DNA of 42,380 nucleotides from Octopus bimaculoides (taxonomy: Eukaryota). Location: the NCBI RefSeq assembly GCF_001194135.2, contig NC_068990.1, positions 54,063,801-54,106,180 of the forward strand, written 5' to 3'. How positions within the stretch are numbered: the stretch's first letter is position 1; every line of letters begins with the position of its first letter. A program made the position numbers and the translations under genes. Of the stretch, positions 38,512 through 42,380 are shown piece by piece. The notes beneath the pieces were generated by a model. That model was not told the DNA's origin. It saw nothing but the letters and a program-made list of their open reading frames with translations, and searched no databases.

Positions 38512-38664
38512 ATTTTTGTTTTCACGAAACAGAGTGCATGCTTCATCAAAGATGTACTTGCGTTCCTCTTGTGTGTCTTGCATGTTTCCTGACAAGGACT
38601 GCCATTCTCTAGACATACGTAGGATTTGTCTATACAGAGACAGCACTGTTCTTTGATGGGACAT
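38512..38664 (-). CDS. LYRM1: LYR motif-containing protein 1, first coding exon (exon 38705-38512, ATG at 38664)
   Basis: Translates MSHQRTVLSLYRQILRMSREWQSLSGNMQDTQEERKYIFDEACTLFRENKN. It has the LYR motif plus the W-x-x-x-SG-x-x-x-DT-x-x-E-x-x-YI-x-x-EA-x-TLFR-x-NKN pattern I recognise from LYRM1. Acceptor tttttctttaattacttctcaactAG ends at 38706; donor GTAAGT starts at 38511 (phase 0). Confidence 0.93.
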
Positions 38665-38794
38665 TTCCTTCTCCCGCACAACACTCTTTTCTGGACTTAA
38701 TCAGCCTAGTTGAGAAGTAATTAAAGAAAAATGCAAACATTCAAAAGCCAGAAACTAAAAATTAGTCCAAATCATTTGTCTGTTACTCTGATAG

Positions 38795-38946
<152 letters not shown>

Positions 38947-39328
38947 ACATTCACATATGTGCCCAACAATCCTCCCACTATTTTAAAAAGCTTATTCAGA
39001 AACATTAGTAACAAATCTCAGACATGTCCTACACTCAAGAATCCATTCAAATATTGCTCAATCATTCCTGCATCCTATAAACTTTTCCTCAGAAATCATA
39101 AATTCAAAATTTTTATTAGAAGCAGTTTTAAGATGAGCTACACATCTTCTGAAAACTTCACCACCACCTTAGCTAGAATTGGCAAGAAAAATTTGACACA
39201 CCTAAATGTACAAACCATACTACTTCTCACTATTTCAACTGTCTTGCCACTGATATCTGCCCACAAAATGGTAAATGTCTTCAAGAAAACATAGTGATCT
39301 GCACAAAGATATCTATTGGAAATAGCAG

Positions 39329-39560
39329 TCTCTGGGTATATAAAATTAGTTATTTGTTTGTTTGTCTCCTTTGCACTCAAAAACCAGTAGATCAATTGTG
39401 CTCAAACTTGGTATGTGAATTCCTTAGACTCAGGATTAGGTTTTGCACAAATTTCAGTCCTGTCCATAGACCATGGAACTGGCAGGGGAGCATATTTTTG
39501 GCTCCATAAATAAAATGGAAAAAATTACAGAAAAAAAAAACCCTGAATTCCTCCATAAGT
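39329..39560 (+). mobile_element. Possible Helitron/Helentron-type non-autonomous element 5' fragment
   Basis: tataaaattag..gtttgtttgtctc...gatcaattgtgctcaaacttggtatg resembles HINE-type 5' ends. No 3' hairpin was found. Confidence 0.35.
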
Positions 39561-40672
39561 TTAATGATTATGTGAAAAAGGCTTTATATGGTTGAGTTCC
39601 TTAGACTTGAAGACATGGGACAAATGAGGCCCAATGACTTAAATTTTGGGAAAAATTAAAACTTTCAAGCTTCTTCATATTCAGAGGTGTGTTGAAAATG
39701 AGTACTTGCCTCATTCTATAGGTATAAAAAGTTTTAAGCCTTGATCAAATACCTAAAGATATATGATTCAAAATCTTATACTGAAGGTATATAATAAAAC
39801 AAGTCTGAACTTATTTTGAAAAAGTATAAAATCTAGAACATGTTGAATTTCATTATCAGTATAATTTCAAACTTAAATAGTGTCACATCCTCTATCTTGT
39901 ACAGATAGATAATAGTGACATTAGAAACCCCAAGAAAAAATGCCACTAAAGAATAGACCTTCATTTGGAAGAAAGACTTCTAAAGTTTTGGCAAAGCAGC
40001 TACAAAGGGAGAATGAAACTGACAAGTTCAATTATTACATATTTTTTTCCTTATAAAAATACACACATACAGGAGGAATAAATTATATCTATAATAATAC
40101 TTTGAATGTGACTTCCGAGAAACAATAAAATTATCCGATTAACGACGAGTATTACTGCTAGTTTATAATATTATCATCGTTGTTTTAATGTCTACTTTTC
40201 CATCTCGCATAGATCAGATGGAATTTAGTAAGGCAGATTTTCTACAGCCAGATGCTCTCCTTGTGTTTCAATTTTCACCAGTTTCCAGCCAGGCAATACT
40301 TCTTCATGTCTAAACATATGTAAACATCTAAAAACCCTTTAAAAGATGGGACAGTCGCAGTTGGAATGTTTTTAATTGTAGGTCTGCTTCAATCGGATTG
40401 ACCTGGGGCTAAATAACCAGAGAGAGAGAGAGAGAGAAGGAGACTGTTTCTACTACTACTACAAATATTGAGCATAAATCAAATTAATAAAATTATGAAC
40501 ATTCTCAGTTTTAACACGTTCACTTTGAATTTTCAAAAATCTTTTTGGTGTAATTATATCGAAAGCCAGCAGCATGTGGTAATTTCTATTACAGAGTTTA
40601 AATAAAGTCTCGTGTTAGAAACTGACGAAGTAAATATATTTTTAACCATTGCCTGTACGGCTTACATCTCAC

Positions 40673-40750
40673 CTTGAAGGTTGTATTACAAACACGACCC
40701 AACATAGGAAGCAAGCGAAAACACGAGACAAAAGTTTAAAGGTGAAGTCA
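40673..40750 (-). other. LYRM1: Putative non-coding first exon (5' UTR) of LYRM1; 5' boundary approximate
   Basis: Minus-strand donor AAG|GTGAGA at 40673/40672 in a locally CpG-richer, non-repetitive stretch about 2 kb upstream of the ATG exon. That exon has an acceptor 41 nt before its ATG, so an upstream exon is required. Confidence 0.5.
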
Positions 40751-40754
40751 CGTG
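40747..40754. promoter_or_regulatory. GTCACGTG E-box (USF/TFE/Myc-class) in the putative LYRM1 promoter
   Basis: Exact GTCACGTG next to the putative first exon. Function is inferred only. Confidence 0.35.
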
Positions 40755-42116
40755 GACGTTTGAAAAGTCTCAACGGACAACTCTGAATATATTCTCTTAA
40801 AATGTTTGATTTTATTATATATATATATATAGATTCTGGTGTTGTATTTTAAACAAGGTACAGAGCATTCCTGTTTGTTTTGCTTGACAACAGGTTCGAT
40901 GAAGGAAAGAAATACCTTAATGTCTCGGGTGAGATAAGAAATTTAAATACATTATTGAACTGCAAATAAAAAAATAAGTTAATTTCCCAAAGTAATAACA
41001 GTCTAGCTTAAAACTAACCTCAAAATTTGATGTTACTCGTCACATACCAAAACTAACGCGAAAACAACACATGTTATAACCGGTGTTTTATTATTAATAA
41101 ACGCCGTAATTTTATTCCGGGAATTTTATTGGCATAATGAACGTCTTCATTTAGACTTTTTTTATGAAGAAATTTAGTTAATATATGTTGACTATATACT
41201 TTCAATAATTACTTGATATCATCTGAAAGATGTAGCAGATACAGTACCATTTGTTATGCTCGTCATTTTCTGCTATATATAGATATTTCACGAGGGAGGG
41301 GTTACTTCAAACAGTTGCAATTTTTTTTTATTCAATCAATTAACAAAAACATTTCATTATCAACATATTACGAAGAACATATTCAAAATTTATACTGTCA
41401 ATATATAAGTGTTCATTATCATCCGGGAAGGAAACTATCAACTCAAATTCCCAATTGAAACAATTTGTGGGCAGTGTTCCTTTTCTCACATTGAGAGGGG
41501 GAACAACTTTGATGACCTAAGCAATCATTTCTTGTATTCTCTGGCTAAGAGCAATGCCTCTCGTGAGTACGAAGATGTTTTAATACTGTTGCATAATAAT
41601 GTTTTAATATGTAGTTTAATACAGTTTAATAATAATTATGGATCTTGTTCAAAACGGGGGCACCAGTTTTCATTTATGTTTTATGTAGTGTTTTTGGTAC
41701 CGAAAGACTTTCAAACTTCGTATACTTATCTATTTTGTGTTATAGAACAGAAAAAAATTTTGTATTCGAATTTATTTCATGTAAAAAATTGTCTTATTTC
41801 GATAATTTCAACCAATCACTGACAAGTATTCAGTTGTTTATACTTACTCCTTTGGCAGTTTAAGCGGTGTAAAGCGTATTTAATCGCCATTACTTCTGAC
41901 ATTTTGGAGAGCCAACACACATCTTTTTCTTGTGCTAAGGAGGATATATTAATTTTTCCATCGAGATTTTTTTGCTGTTGCGGTGTGAGTTCGTGTCTGT
42001 CTAACTCTCTGTATTGTATAACTGTTTAAATAACTGTTGGTATACAGTTATTTTCGCCGTACGGGGCGAAAAATTCCCCGTAAAAACTTTATTTGCGTTT
42101 TTGTCTTTTGACAAAT

Positions 42117-42380
42117 ATGGCTACTCTAATTGTAGCGGAAAGTGTCCTTCCCATGGAGGAAGAAAGTGTATGTAAAAGTGTTTCCAAAGGAAAACCAAGT
42201 TTTGCACAGGCCGTTAGAGGTGACTCCATTGAAATAAAAATGTCAAAAGAAAGTCTGTATACATACCGGAAATATGTACAAAAGGTGGATGGTGAAACGA
42301 AGCTAATTCCACCACCCGAGGCAGTCAACGCAATTAAGGAAAAAATTGTGGTATACAAGGTATTCAACATTAAGGAAAAA
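42117..42380 (+). mobile_element. Probable LINE ORF1 (gag-like) N-terminus, open to the window end
   Basis: 88 uninterrupted codons: MATLIVAESVLPMEEESVCKSVSKGKPSFAQAVRGDSIEIK.... SFAQAV is the S(Y/F)AxAV motif common in L1/Tx1/I-type ORF1 proteins. It is absent from the ORF track because it has no stop in the window. Confidence 0.55.

Overview
AT-rich, repeat-dense eukaryotic DNA with six N-gaps. The SINE, RTE and mariner landscape looks like a coleoid cephalopod, probably Octopus; this is inferred from recognised repeats, not from a search. The only host gene I can support is LYRM1 on the minus strand. It has a putative non-coding first exon ending at 40673 and coding exons at 38664-38512, 26973-26913 and 23304-23273, which splice in frame to 82 aa. 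The terminal coding exon could not be confidently located. The rest is decayed mobile DNA: several Tc1/mariner copies, RTE, CR1 and R4/Dong-like LINE fragments, tRNA-derived SINEs, two piggyBac-type MITEs, a complete non-autonomous Helitron, a GIN1/Ginger-like integrase remnant, a probable LINE ORF1 running off the right end, and many microsatellites. Most listed ORFs are artefacts of gaps or simple repeats. I found no firmly supported new biological system. The most unusual structures are a 163-bp near-perfect inverted duplication just inside a LYRM1 intron and a head-to-head fusion of two differently deleted mariners. Both predict long dsRNA in the LYRM1 pre-mRNA.
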